Both the position numbers and the translations under genes were made by a program. The notes under the pieces are model-generated. The model did no database searches. It was not told where the DNA came from and was given only the letters and a program-made list of their open reading frames with translations. This document shows positions 1-9,673 of a stretch of DNA of 47,642 nt, piece after piece (position 1 is the stretch's first letter; the number at the start of each line of letters is the position of its first letter). The DNA lies in contig JADFLJ010000001.1 of assembly GCA_022564475.1 (NCBI GenBank), positions 1-47,642 of the forward strand. The letters are read 5' to 3'. The stretch comes from Pseudomonadota bacterium (GTDB taxonomy: Bacteria; Pseudomonadota; Gammaproteobacteria; Steroidobacterales; Woeseiaceae).

Positions 1-1642
1 TTGGCTCCATAGGCTCTGGCGTCGCCTCCTCCACGGCTGGCGCAGAGGCTTCCTGGACCGCTTCTCGCGGTTGGAGCACCGGCGCCGCAGGTTCGGAGGC
101 AGAGGCAACCACCTCCGCACCCCCTTCAGCGGTCGTCTCCTCTTCAGCCACCGGAGGTGTTACCACCAAGGCTTCTGGCTCGTGGGATGCCACACCGGTC
201 GGCGGCGGCTCCACGCGCTGTTCCTGGCTTGCCTGCGCCTGCCCTGGCGAGCCAGGTGGCGCCGCAGATTCCACAGCAAGCACCCCCCTCGGGCCTGACT
301 GAAGGAACGCCTCCTGGTCCTCCTCGCCCTCCAGGGCTGGGCTGCCCCACAGCTCCAGGGTCTTCTCTGTCCACTGCGCCTCAATACCCCTGGCAGCACC
401 AATCATGTCGTCCAGCAGGGAGTTGAGCTTGTGGTATGCGGTTTGCACTTCCCCGGTGATATGGTCTTGGATATCCTCCCTGGCCCTAATAAGCATAAGC
501 TGGCTGAGCTGTCGCGCTCGGGATTCGGTGATCTGCGCCTTCTTGTTGGCGGCGGCGAGGATGTCCCGCACCGATTTTTCGGTGATTTCTTGAGCACGGC
601 GAGTAGCTTGGTCCGTGACCTCCTGGGCATTCCGCTTCGCCTCAGAGATCATCCGGGTTGCCTCCACCTCAGCGTCTTGCTTGGCCTTGAGCTTGAACCG
701 TGCCGCCTCACGTTCAGCCTCGGCCAACACCTGTCTGGAAAAGCTATCCCAGGATGTGGACTCCTCCTTTTCCTGAAGCCGTGCCTCGTACTCAGTCTTC
801 AATTCCTCAACGAAGCTCGCCACCTGGTCCGGGGCAAGGCCCTCTGCAACGACAGCAAACTGCCGCCCCCATAACTGACGGACGGCTTTGGGGCCCTCAG
901 GGATAACCTTCTCCGCCACCTGCTCCTGCACACTGAACACATCATCGCTTGAGGTGTTATAGGTTTCGGTCCAGATATGGCTGTCATCGGCAGCGCGAAT
1001 AAGCTGGGCCGTCACCCGAAGCCGGTCGCCCGAACGCCTGACCGAGCCCTCAACGATGTGTGCCACATTCAGACGCTCAGCGATCTCACGAAGGGGCATG
1101 TCCTGGTCGCGGAAGTGAAAAGAGGAGGTGCGCGAGATCACCCTCAGTTCCGGAAGCCGCGCCAGCGAGTTCAGAATTTCTTCAGTCAACCCGTCGGAAA
1201 ACCATTCCTGGTCGCCCCCTTCGGACAGATCGTCAAAGGGAAGGACCGCGACTGACTTATCGACTCCCGCGCCCTCTCCGAATACCTGGTCCGGACCGAA
1301 ACTGAAATTCTGATACGCGATAAATCCCAGCGCCGCAACAAGCGCGCCGGCAATCACAAAGTTGAGCTTTTGGCCGCCAGGAACTGGGACAGATTGGTCT
1401 TCTCCTGTGTCCTCCGTCTTCTTCACGCCATCCGGCGTCAGCTCAAACGCCCAAGCAAGAATGAGAGCAACAGGGAGGCCGATCAGTAACAGGACCAGGA
1501 CCAGCGTAATCGTCCAGTCGGGGAGACCTAATCTCGGGAAGGCGATGTCGATCACCTGCACAATTAGCCATGACACGATTGCATAGGCCGCGCCTACGCG
1601 AAACACGTTACGGCGCGTCAGTTCACTGATAAAAACGCCCAA
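1..1642 (-). CDS. Membrane-anchored TolB-like (N-terminal periplasmic module) protein fused to a DivIVA-like coiled coil and a Pro/Ala/Glu-rich tail. The C-terminus lies off the window.
   Basis: There is an uninterrupted minus-strand frame from TTG at 1640-1642 (GGAGG lies 6 nt upstream) to the window edge. It is absent from the ORF track because it has no stop inside the window. My own translation gives MGVFISELTRRNVFRVGAAYAIVSWLIVQV (TM helix), then KSVAVLPFDDLSEGGDQEWFSDGLTEEILNSLARLPELRVISRTSSF...GSVRRSGDRLRVTAQLI. This is followed by the coiled coil AEAEREAARFKLKAKQDAEVEATRMISEAKRNAQ and a tail of the form EPAAPVLQPREAVQEASAPAVEEATPEP. Confidence 0.7.
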   Translation of the reverse strand, partial: MGVFISELTRRNVFRVGAAYAIVSWLIVQVIDIAFPRLGLPDWTITLVLVLLLIGLPVALILAWAFELTPDGVKKTEDTGEDQSVPVPGGQKLNFVIAGALVAALGFIAYQNFSFGPDQVFGEGAGVDKSVAVLPFDDLSEGGDQEWFSDGLTEEILNSLARLPELRVISRTSSFHFRDQDMPLREIAERLNVAHIVEGSVRRSGDRLRVTAQLIRAADDSHIWTETYNTSSDDVFSVQEQVAEKVIPEGPKAVRQLWGRQFAVVAEGLAPDQVASFVEELKTEYEARLQEKEESTSWDSFSRQVLAEAEREAARFKLKAKQDAEVEATRMISEAKRNAQEVTDQATRRAQEITEKSVRDILAAANKKAQITESRARQLSQLMLIRAREDIQDHITGEVQTAYHKLNSLLDDMIGAARGIEAQWTEKTLELWGSPALEGEEDQEAFLQSGPRGVLAVESAAPPGSPGQAQASQEQRVEPPPTGVASHEPEALVVTPPVAEEETTAEGGAEVVASASEPAAPVLQPREAVQEASAPAVEEATPEPMEP

Positions 1643-1759
1643 CTTTCGCCTCCCCTGATTGCGACGCAGAGGATAGCATCACTGCCGTTCAAACGAGGAA
1701 ATCCGGGGTGACCGAGCCAGTTTCGGGTCAGGAAAGGTGTTTGTATGCCATTGCATGAA

Positions 1760-1837
1760 CGTCTCCTTCTGGCCGAAAGCAGACGCTCGAATTTTCGGGA
1801 ATCGCGTACATCGAACGACCGCTTTTGGAAAAAGCGG
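1760..1837. repeat. Two hairpin-forming intergenic repeat units. One is an imperfect hairpin at 1760-1785; the other is a perfect 8-bp stem, CCGCTTTT-gga-AAAAGCGG, at 1819-1837.
   Basis: The inverted repeats were read directly from the sequence. The units GTCTCCTTCTGGCCGAAAGCAGAC and CCGCTTTTGGAAAAAGCGGAC resemble each other. They lie in a 360-bp non-coding gap. Confidence 0.35.
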
Positions 1838-2001
1838 ACATTGACGCTTAAGTGAATAACGTAGCCAAAACGTAGCGTTTCGACGAACCTTGGCGAGTTT
1901 CATGCGTGATACGCGACGCCTGCTCAAATTTTCTCAGGCTGAGTAATCAACTTGTCAATACCGTTACAGCTTTCCTGCTGGGTGGAATGAGTCCCTAATA
2001 C

Positions 2002-4278
2002 TCAGTTGCCTCGGGATCTGTACGTAACCTCCACACCGAACACGCGTCCCTTGGCCAGTGGTGAGAAAGTGCCACCGGTGGGCACAGGACCAATGACATC
2101 CGGCAGTTGCGTATCGCCACCGTGTTTGACTGCATCTAGCAGGTTGCGACCGTAGAGGGAAAATACCCAGCGGCCATCGTTGGAGTGAAAGTCGAGACCG
2201 GCGTCGAGAATTTCCTGCTCTAAGATGAAGCCCAAGTTGCTGTCGGTATACGCCGATTCGTCGCGGTACGCGTAATTGATGCGTGAGGACAAGTAGCCCC
2301 ATTGGCCGATGTCGAGGTCATGAGTAAAGCCGATGCTCCAGGTAAGATCGGCTGCGCGAGGCAAGTCAAGCGCTTTATCGAGTTCGTCGATAACGCCGTC
2401 GTTGTTCAAGTCTTCCCTGACTTCGTCGTAATCCGAATTGATCACTCCCAGCGACGCCAGCAACAGGACGTTGTCCGTCAGGCTGAACGCGCCTTCTACT
2501 TCCAGGCCAGTAATGGTTGCGTCGGCCGTGTTGCGAATTAGCTGGACAACACCGGCACCCTCGCTGGGCAGGTTAAGCTCACGCTGCATGTCATCGATGG
2601 TGTTGTAGAACACTGCCGCATTCAGGCGTCCCCAATCCCGTGTGGATTTGTAGCCGATCTCGAAACTATTGACGGTTTCTTCGTCGAACGGTCCCGGCGT
2701 ATTGGCGGGGTTCGCTGAGGTGTTGCGCAGGTTATAACCGCCCGATCGAACGCCCTGACTCCAGTGCCCATAGACCAGGCTATCGTCGTCGACGTGGTAG
2801 GTGGCGCCGATTTTCGGTGACACGCTGGTCCATTCGTCGCTGTCAGTGAAGTCGAAGGGACAATCTTTGGTTGTTACGATATTGCACGGTGAATTTACGT
2901 TGAAAATGAGAGCCGCGACGTTCACGTCTTTTTCTTCACGCGTAAAGCGCAGGCCTGCCGTCAAGGTCCATTGATCCGACAAATCGTAGTCGACGGCGGC
3001 GAACACGCCCAGCGTATCCACTTCATAGTCACCGCCGCCGTCAAGCTGTACAGCCGGCGCAACTCCGCCGGTGGCGATTCCCAGTAACTCGCGCCGCTCG
3101 TGATAGTTAATCTCGTTGGTGAAGTAGTAAACGCCCACCGTCACGTTGGCCCGATCGTCCGCGAACAGGCCGTTATAACGCAGTTCATTGCTTAATTGGT
3201 CGGTGTTTAACCAGGCGGGGGCGTGGAACAGCCACTCTGGTTGGGCATCGATGTCGGAGCGAGACGTGATTTCCGAATCACGCCAGCCAAAAATGTTGGT
3301 GATGGTGCCATTACCAAAAGCAACATCGATATTTAGCTCAGCACTGAAGAAGTTGGTTCGGACTTTTTGGAAGCCCGGATCATCGATTGAGAAGTCGTGA
3401 CTGTCGCGGTCAAAGTTGGCGAAGAAGCCAGGCACGTCGCTGCCGTTGGTGTGTGTCTGGGAGGCAGGGCCGTCGCCGTCGATGTCAGTGTATTCGTAGC
3501 GCAGGATCAACTCGGTGTTGTCGGTGGGAGTCCATACTAGCACCGGGCGGATCATGGTTTGTTGGATGGCGCCGAAGTCACTGCCGTCGAACTGGTTTTC
3601 GAACCAGCCATCATCGTCGTTGTAATAGGCACTCAATTTTATTCCGAGCGTGTCGGAAACGGGACCGCCGATGCTGCCCATCAGGTAACGGTTTTGCCCG
3701 CCATCGCCGCCGCCATCGACCGCAGCTCGAATGCTAATCTCGAACTCGTCACCGGGCTTCTTGGTGTTGATCAAAATGGCACCACCGGTAACATTGCGAC
3801 CGAATAGAATACCCTGTGGGCCGCGCAATACGGTGATGCTTTCAACGTCGAACATGTCGAAAATGGTGCCGACATTGTTGCCAAGATAGACGCCGTCCAG
3901 GAACACACCAACGGTTGGATCAATCGACGGAATTGAGCTGTTGATGCCGAGCCCGCGTATCGAGAAGTTGGCGCTACCGCGGAAGGTGCCGATATCGTCA
4001 AGTGCAACGTTGGGCATTCCGACCGACATATCCATCAAGTCGCGTATTTTCAGCGATTCGATTTGTTCGGCGTTGAAGGCCGTAATCGCGAGCGGAACTT
4101 CCTGGGCGTTTTCTTCGCGTTTGCGGGCGGTGACTATAATCTCCTCGAGGAGAATATTGACGCTGCCGCGCCTCTCCTGAGCCACCGCATCTGGGGCAAA
4201 CAGCGCGCTCCCGATGCAAGTTACTGCCAGAATCATCGGAGCTAATAAAACGGAAAAATGGCGTTTATAGTTAATCAT
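2002..4278 (-). CDS. TonB-dependent outer-membrane receptor
   Basis: The ORF is 2002..4320. The likely start is M15 (ATG at 4276-4278), giving the signal peptide MINYKRHFSVLLAPMILAVTCIGSALFAPDAVAQ. A plug-domain motif (EEIIVTARKREENAQEVPLAITAF) and a long beta-barrel-type C-terminal region are present. Confidence 0.9.
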   Translation of the reverse strand: MINYKRHFSVLLAPMILAVTCIGSALFAPDAVAQERRGSVNILLEEIIVTARKREENAQEVPLAITAFNAEQIESLKIRDLMDMSVGMPNVALDDIGTFRGSANFSIRGLGINSSIPSIDPTVGVFLDGVYLGNNVGTIFDMFDVESITVLRGPQGILFGRNVTGGAILINTKKPGDEFEISIRAAVDGGGDGGQNRYLMGSIGGPVSDTLGIKLSAYYNDDDGWFENQFDGSDFGAIQQTMIRPVLVWTPTDNTELILRYEYTDIDGDGPASQTHTNGSDVPGFFANFDRDSHDFSIDDPGFQKVRTNFFSAELNIDVAFGNGTITNIFGWRDSEITSRSDIDAQPEWLFHAPAWLNTDQLSNELRYNGLFADDRANVTVGVYYFTNEINYHERRELLGIATGGVAPAVQLDGGGDYEVDTLGVFAAVDYDLSDQWTLTAGLRFTREEKDVNVAALIFNVNSPCNIVTTKDCPFDFTDSDEWTSVSPKIGATYHVDDDSLVYGHWSQGVRSGGYNLRNTSANPANTPGPFDEETVNSFEIGYKSTRDWGRLNAAVFYNTIDDMQRELNLPSEGAGVVQLIRNTADATITGLEVEGAFSLTDNVLLLASLGVINSDYDEVREDLNNDGVIDELDKALDLPRAADLTWSIGFTHDLDIGQWGYLSSRINYAYRDESAYTDSNLGFILEQEILDAGLDFHSNDGRWVFSLYGRNLLDAVKHGGDTQLPDVIGPVPTGGTFSPLAKGRVFGVEVTYRSRGN

Positions 4279-4590
4279 AGCGTTACCCCCGCCTGCGCGC
4301 TGTGTGTCATATGGAGACATTTGTTAGTCCATCACCTTCATTCTTGCTCAATGCACGCAGTCACGCAAGCGACACTAAGGACTACGTTAGTCGCCTCTCC
4401 CTCCTGTTAATTCGTCTGCATTGATTTCGTTGAACTTTTCTTGAGCGCAAGTTAGCGTGTGAGCATGACTGAGTGGAGTTGACGTCCAGCAAACTGCTGG
4501 TATCGCTGTTGCACAATGGCCAGGAGCATTTATGAGATTCCAGTCCGGTGTGGCCGGAGCTGCAGACCGCGATGTGTAGAATATGCGCCC

Positions 4591-5295
4591 ATGAGCAACG
4601 CCGAAAAAACCGGGCCGAGGAGGCGAACAATTCGGACGTTCGTGCGACGCGCCGGGAGGATGACGTCACCGCAAAGAAAGGCGCTCGTGGATCTCTGGCC
4701 TCGATACGGCCTCGATTTCGCCGAGAAATCGATCGATTTCGCGAGCGTGTTCGGCAACACGGCGGATGTATGTCTTGAAATCGGCTTTGGCAACGGCGAT
4801 ACGCTGGTGCAGCAAGCGCAGGAAAATCCGCAGCAAAACTACATCGGCGTGGAAGTGCACGAGCCAGGCGTCGGGCATTGCCTCAATGCCGCCCGGAAAG
4901 CGGACATCACGAATCTACGCCTGATTGTTCATGACGCGATCGACGTACTGCAGCGGCAGATGGCCGTGGACTCGCTCAATCGCATCAATTTGTATTTTCC
5001 GGACCCGTGGCCGAAAAAACGCCATCACAAGCGACGAATCGTGCAGCCATCCTTTCTGGAGCTGTGCGCCGACAGACTCCGACCAGGCGGCGCGCTGCAT
5101 ATAGCCACGGACTGGGCGAATTACGCAGAACATATTGGCGCTGCGCTTGGTGCCTCGGCAAGATTCACGGTTTCAGAACGCCGCGAACATGACGGTGACC
5201 AGCCGCTCGACCGGCCGCGAACCAAGTTTGAGCGACGCGGATTGAGAAAAGGCCACCGTATATGGGACTGGCGATTTGAGCGTATAGATCAATAA
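4591..5295 (+). CDS. trmB: tRNA (guanine-N7)-methyltransferase
   Basis: Motifs LEIGFGNGD, YIGVEVH and LYFPDPWPKKRHHKRR are present. I place the start at the internal ATG 4591 (MSNAEKTG...) of ORF 4516..5295. Confidence 0.9.
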   Translation: MSNAEKTGPRRRTIRTFVRRAGRMTSPQRKALVDLWPRYGLDFAEKSIDFASVFGNTADVCLEIGFGNGDTLVQQAQENPQQNYIGVEVHEPGVGHCLNAARKADITNLRLIVHDAIDVLQRQMAVDSLNRINLYFPDPWPKKRHHKRRIVQPSFLELCADRLRPGGALHIATDWANYAEHIGAALGASARFTVSERREHDGDQPLDRPRTKFERRGLRKGHRIWDWRFERIDQ

Positions 5296-5376
5296 CAGCG
5301 AACACACTTGCGGAGTTCGATCCTTCATCTATAACTAGTAGTGAGACAGATACATTTCAAACGAGGATGGCCTGCA

Positions 5377-5667
5377 ATGGCTCTGTTATACCCGATCATT
5401 GGCCAGTGGTTTAGTCGACCGAGCGGTACGCTCTTCGAGGTCGTCGCCATTGATGACGACGATCATACGATCGAGATCCAACAATTCGACGGCACGATCG
5501 ACGAAGTTGACGAGGAAAACTGGCCGGACTTGCTGCTGACAGAAGTAAGCGCACCCGAAGACTGGTCCGGGTCAGTCGATATGGACCCGGAAGACTTCGT
5601 TAGCTCGAACAACAACGAGATGCCAGTCGGATACCACAACCCCCTCGCCTTTCTTGACAATCTGTAA
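5377..5667 (+). CDS. Small acidic conserved hypothetical protein
   Basis: This lies within ORF 5341..5667. ATG 5377 follows ACGAGGA. The protein is very acidic (VVAIDDDDHTIEIQQFDGTIDEVDEENWPD...PEDWSGSVDMDPEDF). I recognise no domain. Confidence 0.5.
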   Translation: MALLYPIIGQWFSRPSGTLFEVVAIDDDDHTIEIQQFDGTIDEVDEENWPDLLLTEVSAPEDWSGSVDMDPEDFVSSNNNEMPVGYHNPLAFLDNL

Positions 5668-5727
5668 GCCCGAGCCTGACGTCTTTAGGGGATCTTCTAT
5701 AAGGAATTGGGCGGACCGACGACGATT

Positions 5728-6990
5728 TCAGTTATCTGCGTTCCACGGCGCGACTTTGAACAACAGCAACATTCCGGGGATGGCCAGCACCGTGCACAAA
5801 AGAAAGAAATTGGTCCAGCCAAGCTGCTCGACCATCACGCCCGTAAATGCCCCAATCACGGTTCTCGGAACGGCCGTTAACGCACTGAACAACGCAAACT
5901 GGGTTGCCGCAAAAACCGGGTTGGTTGTTCGCGCCATGAAGGCCACGAATGCTGCACTGCCCAAGCCGACACCCAGGTATTCAAATGCTACGACAAGACC
6001 CAGCAGCCACAGGTTAATTCCAACGACCGAAAGTAAGGCGAAGCCCAGAATGCTGGTTATTTGCACAACCCCAAACAACCACAAGGCTCGATTGATGCCG
6101 AGCTTTATCATGATGAGTCCGCCGCCAAGACCACCAACGGTGGCCGCAATCAAACCAGCCGTCTTTGCCACCGACCCGATCTGCGTCAGCGTGAATCCGA
6201 CGTCGATAAAAAACGGCGTTTGCAGGGCCGTTGCCATGCTGTCCCCGAGCTTGTACAGAACCAGAAACGCCAAAATCAGCAGGCCTGAGCCAATTCCCTT
6301 GCGATTGAAAAACTCGACAAAGGGATCGATGACTGCATCGACCAGCGATTTCGGCGGGCTTGGCTCGCTGACCGCCTCCTTGATGAACAGTGTCAGCATC
6401 ACGCCGACAAACATGAACAACGCCACGACAACAAAAACGTAATGCCAGGCCATGTGATCGGCAAGAATCAGTGCCAGCGCACCCGGCACAAGCCCCGACA
6501 GTCGGTACGCCTGCACATGGATCGTATTGCCCAGACCAAGTTCTACATCGGGAAGCAACTCACGACGGTAGGCGTCAAGTACAATATCCTGGCTGGCACT
6601 GAAAAAGGCCATTGCGGCCGCGAGGTAGGCCACAGTCCAGATCGACAAAGCGGGTTGCAGGAAACCCATTGCCGCGATCGACAGCATGAGGGCCAGTTGC
6701 GTCACGAGCATCCAGCCGCGGCGGCGGCCGAGAAATGGCAGCGTGTAGCGATCCATGACGGGCGACCACAGAAACTTCCAGACGTACGGCAGTTGTACCA
6801 GCGTGAAAAAACCGATCTCGGCGAGTCCGACCCCCTCCACGCGTAGCCACGCCGGAACAAGCTGAAATACCACATAGAGCGGCAATCCGGACGTGAAGCC
6901 CGTGAACACGCAGATCAGCATGCGCCGGTTGAGGATCGCCTCTTTGAGGCTTTCCTTGCGCGATCGTTCCTGCGATGCGTCAGTCACCAT
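5728..6990 (-). CDS. ampG: AmpG-family muropeptide MFS permease
   Basis: This is a multi-TM protein with the AmpG-type N-terminus FTGFTSGLPLYVVFQLVPAWLRVEGVGLAEIGFF...WKFLWSPVMDRY...LGRRRGWM. Confidence 0.85.
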   Translation of the reverse strand: MVTDASQERSRKESLKEAILNRRMLICVFTGFTSGLPLYVVFQLVPAWLRVEGVGLAEIGFFTLVQLPYVWKFLWSPVMDRYTLPFLGRRRGWMLVTQLALMLSIAAMGFLQPALSIWTVAYLAAAMAFFSASQDIVLDAYRRELLPDVELGLGNTIHVQAYRLSGLVPGALALILADHMAWHYVFVVVALFMFVGVMLTLFIKEAVSEPSPPKSLVDAVIDPFVEFFNRKGIGSGLLILAFLVLYKLGDSMATALQTPFFIDVGFTLTQIGSVAKTAGLIAATVGGLGGGLIMIKLGINRALWLFGVVQITSILGFALLSVVGINLWLLGLVVAFEYLGVGLGSAAFVAFMARTTNPVFAATQFALFSALTAVPRTVIGAFTGVMVEQLGWTNFFLLCTVLAIPGMLLLFKVAPWNADN

Positions 6991-7795
6991 GGGCCCAATC
7001 GTAATCCATGATCAGTGGCGCGTGATCGGAAAATCGCTGCTCTTTGTAAACTTCGGTCCTGAGCACCTTGTCGACGAGGCCCGGCGTAACGACCTGGTAG
7101 TCGAGACGCCACCCGACATTGTTATCCCAGGCCCGGCCGCGATTGGACCACCAGGTGTAGGTGTCTGGTGCTTGCTCGACGGTCCGAAACGCGTCCGTAA
7201 AGCCGTAATCCCCAAACACGTCGTCCAGCCACGCGCGCTCTTTGGGCAGGAAACCGGAGTTCTTGCGATTCTGTCGCCAATTTTTCAGATCGATCTCTTT
7301 GTGGGCGATGTTCCAGTCGCCGCAAATAACGGTTTCCGACCGCTTGCGGCGTACTTTTTTCAAATGCTCGGCGAACGAAGCCATGCAGCGATATTTGGCT
7401 TCCTGCCGTACATCGCCGGACGAGCCTGACGGCAAGTACAGGGAGACGATATTGATGCCTTCGAGCTGTACTTCGAGATAGCGCCCCTCATCGTCGAACT
7501 CCTTGTCGCCGTATCCGCGCACAAGCTTCTTCGGTTTGTGCCGCGTGTATATCGCCGTACCGCTATAGCCCTTCTTGATCGCATCTTCGTAATAGCAGTG
7601 GTAACCCTGCGGTTGAAAACACTCGTCGGTCAGTTGATGCACCTGCGCCTTGGTTTCCTGAATACAAACGACGTCGGCTTTCTGATCACACAGCCATTCG
7701 AAAACGCCCTTGCGTGCGGCCGCGCGGATGCCGTTCGCGTTGAGGCTGATGATTCGAAACAAATCCTTCTCCTGAGGATGCAAAGGCGGCATCAT
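6980..7795 (-). CDS. xthA: Exodeoxyribonuclease III
   Basis: Motifs RIISLNANGIRA, ADVVCIQETK, ICGDWNIAH and SDHAPL are present. I chose M12/M13 as the start because the longest start (7828) would overlap the pyrE start. Confidence 0.9.
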   Translation of the reverse strand: MMPPLHPQEKDLFRIISLNANGIRAAARKGVFEWLCDQKADVVCIQETKAQVHQLTDECFQPQGYHCYYEDAIKKGYSGTAIYTRHKPKKLVRGYGDKEFDDEGRYLEVQLEGINIVSLYLPSGSSGDVRQEAKYRCMASFAEHLKKVRRKRSETVICGDWNIAHKEIDLKNWRQNRKNSGFLPKERAWLDDVFGDYGFTDAFRTVEQAPDTYTWWSNRGRAWDNNVGWRLDYQVVTPGLVDKVLRTEVYKEQRFSDHAPLIMDYDWAHGD

Positions 7796-7822
7796 ACTAG
7801 AGCCTGAACCCAGACCGAGCCC

Positions 7823-8470
7823 ATGCACGCCTACAAAAAAGAATTCATTGACCTGTCACTTGAACTCGGTGTGCTGCGCTTTGGCGAATTCACTCTGAAA
7901 TCGGGTCGCATCAGCCCGTATTTTTTCAACGCGGGACTCTTTAACACGGGCTATGCAGCCGCCAAACTCGGGCGCTTTTATGCAACAGCGGTGGCCGAAT
8001 CGGACATCGATTTCGACATGATCTTCGGGCCGGCCTACAAGGGTATCCCGCTCGTCGCGCTGACGGCGGCGGCACTTGCCGAACACCATGGCATCGACGT
8101 GCCGTATGCGTTCAATCGCAAAGAAGCAAAAGCGCATGGCGAACGCGGCAGTATTGTCGGCGCAGCGCTGCAGGGAAAAGTACTCATTATTGATGATGTC
8201 ATTACGGCGGGTACCGCGGTTCGCGAGGCCTACCAGATCATCGTGGGCGCTGGCGCGGAGATCGCCGGACTGCTGATCTCCCTGGACCGTCAGGAGCGCG
8301 GCCAGACGTCATTGTCGGCCGTACAGGAGCTGCGCGCCTCGCTGGCTATTCCGATTGTCAGTATTATCCAGCTGGGTGATTTAGTGGAGACGCTCGAAGA
8401 GTCAAAAGACTACGCCGAGTATCTCGAGCCGGTTCTCACGTATCGACGAAAATACGGTGTCATTGCCTGA
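7823..8470 (+). CDS. pyrE: Orotate phosphoribosyltransferase
   Basis: The N-terminus is [33 protein letters not shown] and the PRPP-binding loop is [13 protein letters not shown]. Confidence 0.95.
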   Translation: MHAYKKEFIDLSLELGVLRFGEFTLKSGRISPYFFNAGLFNTGYAAAKLGRFYATAVAESDIDFDMIFGPAYKGIPLVALTAAALAEHHGIDVPYAFNRKEAKAHGERGSIVGAALQGKVLIIDDVITAGTAVREAYQIIVGAGAEIAGLLISLDRQERGQTSLSAVQELRASLAIPIVSIIQLGDLVETLEESKDYAEYLEPVLTYRRKYGVIA

Positions 8471-8513
8471 ATCAGCGATTTACAGGATCCAGAGGACGGA
8501 CTAAGCTTCAATT

Positions 8514-8535
8514 TCGCGACCTACGTCGCGATTTG
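8514..8535 (+). terminator. Candidate rho-independent terminator after pyrE
   Basis: TCGCGAC-ctac-GTCGCGA is followed by TTTG, about 45 nt after the pyrE stop. Confidence 0.4.
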
Positions 8536-8564
8536 ATAACAGGGTTTCATGGCATATTTGGTCT

Positions 8565-9188
8565 ATGCGGAAATATCTCCTCTTAATCGGGCTTTTGACA
8601 TTTGCTGTAGCGGCCGGCGCTGCCGGACGTGAGGGCAAGGTATACCGCTGGGTAGATGACGACGGAATCGTACACTTCAACGACCGTGTACCGCCTGAGT
8701 ACGCCGAATACGACAAAGATATTCTGACCGATGACGGCGTCAAGGTCGGATCGATTCCCGGTCGCAAATCTCCCGAAGAAATCGAAGCGGAGCGTGTAGC
8801 GGCCGAGCTTACTCGGCAAAGAGAACTGCAGTTGCGCGCCGATAAGGCGCTGCTCTCGACCTACCTGACCATTGACGAAATCCGCATGCACCGTGATCGC
8901 CGCGTAGAGCTGTTCCAGGCGCAGTCGCGTGTAACAGAATTATTCCTGTCGAACCTCGAAGGACGTTTGCAGAAACTGGAACGTGAGGCGTCACGCTACT
9001 CGCCTTATTCCAGTGACCCGGATGCCACGATGATCGACCCGGACCTCGTGGACGATATTAACGACACCAAGTCGACGATCACGCGTCATGCAGGCAACCT
9101 GGAGAAATTTCAGGCGGACGAGCTGACGATGGTGGCGCGCTTTCAGGGCGACATTAACCGCTTCAAGACGCTCCGCGGTATCGAATAA
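8565..9188 (+). CDS. DUF4124 domain protein with a coiled-coil C-terminal half
   Basis: A signal peptide (MRKYLLLIGLLTFAVAAGAA) is followed by the DUF4124-type motif KVYRWVDDDGIVHFNDRVPPEY. Confidence 0.75.
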   Translation: MRKYLLLIGLLTFAVAAGAAGREGKVYRWVDDDGIVHFNDRVPPEYAEYDKDILTDDGVKVGSIPGRKSPEEIEAERVAAELTRQRELQLRADKALLSTYLTIDEIRMHRDRRVELFQAQSRVTELFLSNLEGRLQKLEREASRYSPYSSDPDATMIDPDLVDDINDTKSTITRHAGNLEKFQADELTMVARFQGDINRFKTLRGIE

Positions 9189-9200
9189 GCACAGCGTCGC

Positions 9201-9656
9201 TCAGGCCGTTCCCGAATGGCCGAAGCCACCCGCACCACGCTCACTTTCGTCGAAATCTTCAACGACGTTGAACTGTACCTGTGCGACCGGCACGAACAAC
9301 ATCTGTGCGATTCTCTCGCCCGGCTGCACCGCATAACTCTTCGAACCACGATTCCAGCAGGAGATGAATATCTGTCCCTGGTAATCGGAATCGATCAGGC
9401 CCGTCAGGTTACCCAGTACGAGTCCATGTTTGTGTCCGAGGCCGGAGCGCGGCAGCAATACGGCCGCGAGCGAAGGATCACCTATGTGAATCGCGATTCC
9501 GGTTGGGATGAGAACTGTTTCTCCGGGCTCCACGGTGATGACCTCGTCAATGACAGCCCGCATGTCGAGCGCCGCGGAGCCGTCGGTCGCATAGTGAGGC
9601 AGCGGAATGCTGTCGCCGACGCGTGGGTCGAGTATTTTTAGATCGATCGAACGCAA
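9201..9656 (-). CDS. dut: dUTP diphosphatase
   Basis: Motifs [33 protein letters not shown] and [10 protein letters not shown] are present. Confidence 0.95.
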   Translation of the reverse strand: MRSIDLKILDPRVGDSIPLPHYATDGSAALDMRAVIDEVITVEPGETVLIPTGIAIHIGDPSLAAVLLPRSGLGHKHGLVLGNLTGLIDSDYQGQIFISCWNRGSKSYAVQPGERIAQMLFVPVAQVQFNVVEDFDESERGAGGFGHSGTA

Positions 9657-9673
9657 ATCAATATTCCTTATTG

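Noticed and set aside
71-906. Several plus-strand ORFs (71..298, 157..426, 431..874, 700..906) and short minus-strand ORFs at the left edge.
   Set aside because: They are shadow frames of the long uninterrupted minus-strand gene (1..1642). Their translations are Arg/Pro/Gly-rich nonsense typical of off-frame GC-rich DNA.
1679-1927. An 82-aa minus-strand ORF in the gap before the TonB receptor gene.
   Set aside because: Its translation runs through the hairpin repeat units (CPLFPKAV, SAFGQKETF). It has no RBS or recognisable fold and is most likely a translated intergenic repeat.
5312-5323. A tRNA T-arm-like string, GGAGTTCGATCC, after trmB.
   Set aside because: The flanking bases do not pair into a T-stem, and no acceptor, D or anticodon arms can be drawn. 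It is not a tRNA or a convincing tRNA fragment.
5654-6442. A 262-aa plus-strand ORF.
   Set aside because: It is antisense to ampG, which has a clear MFS/AmpG translation. The composition is low-complexity and Thr/Pro/Ala-rich.
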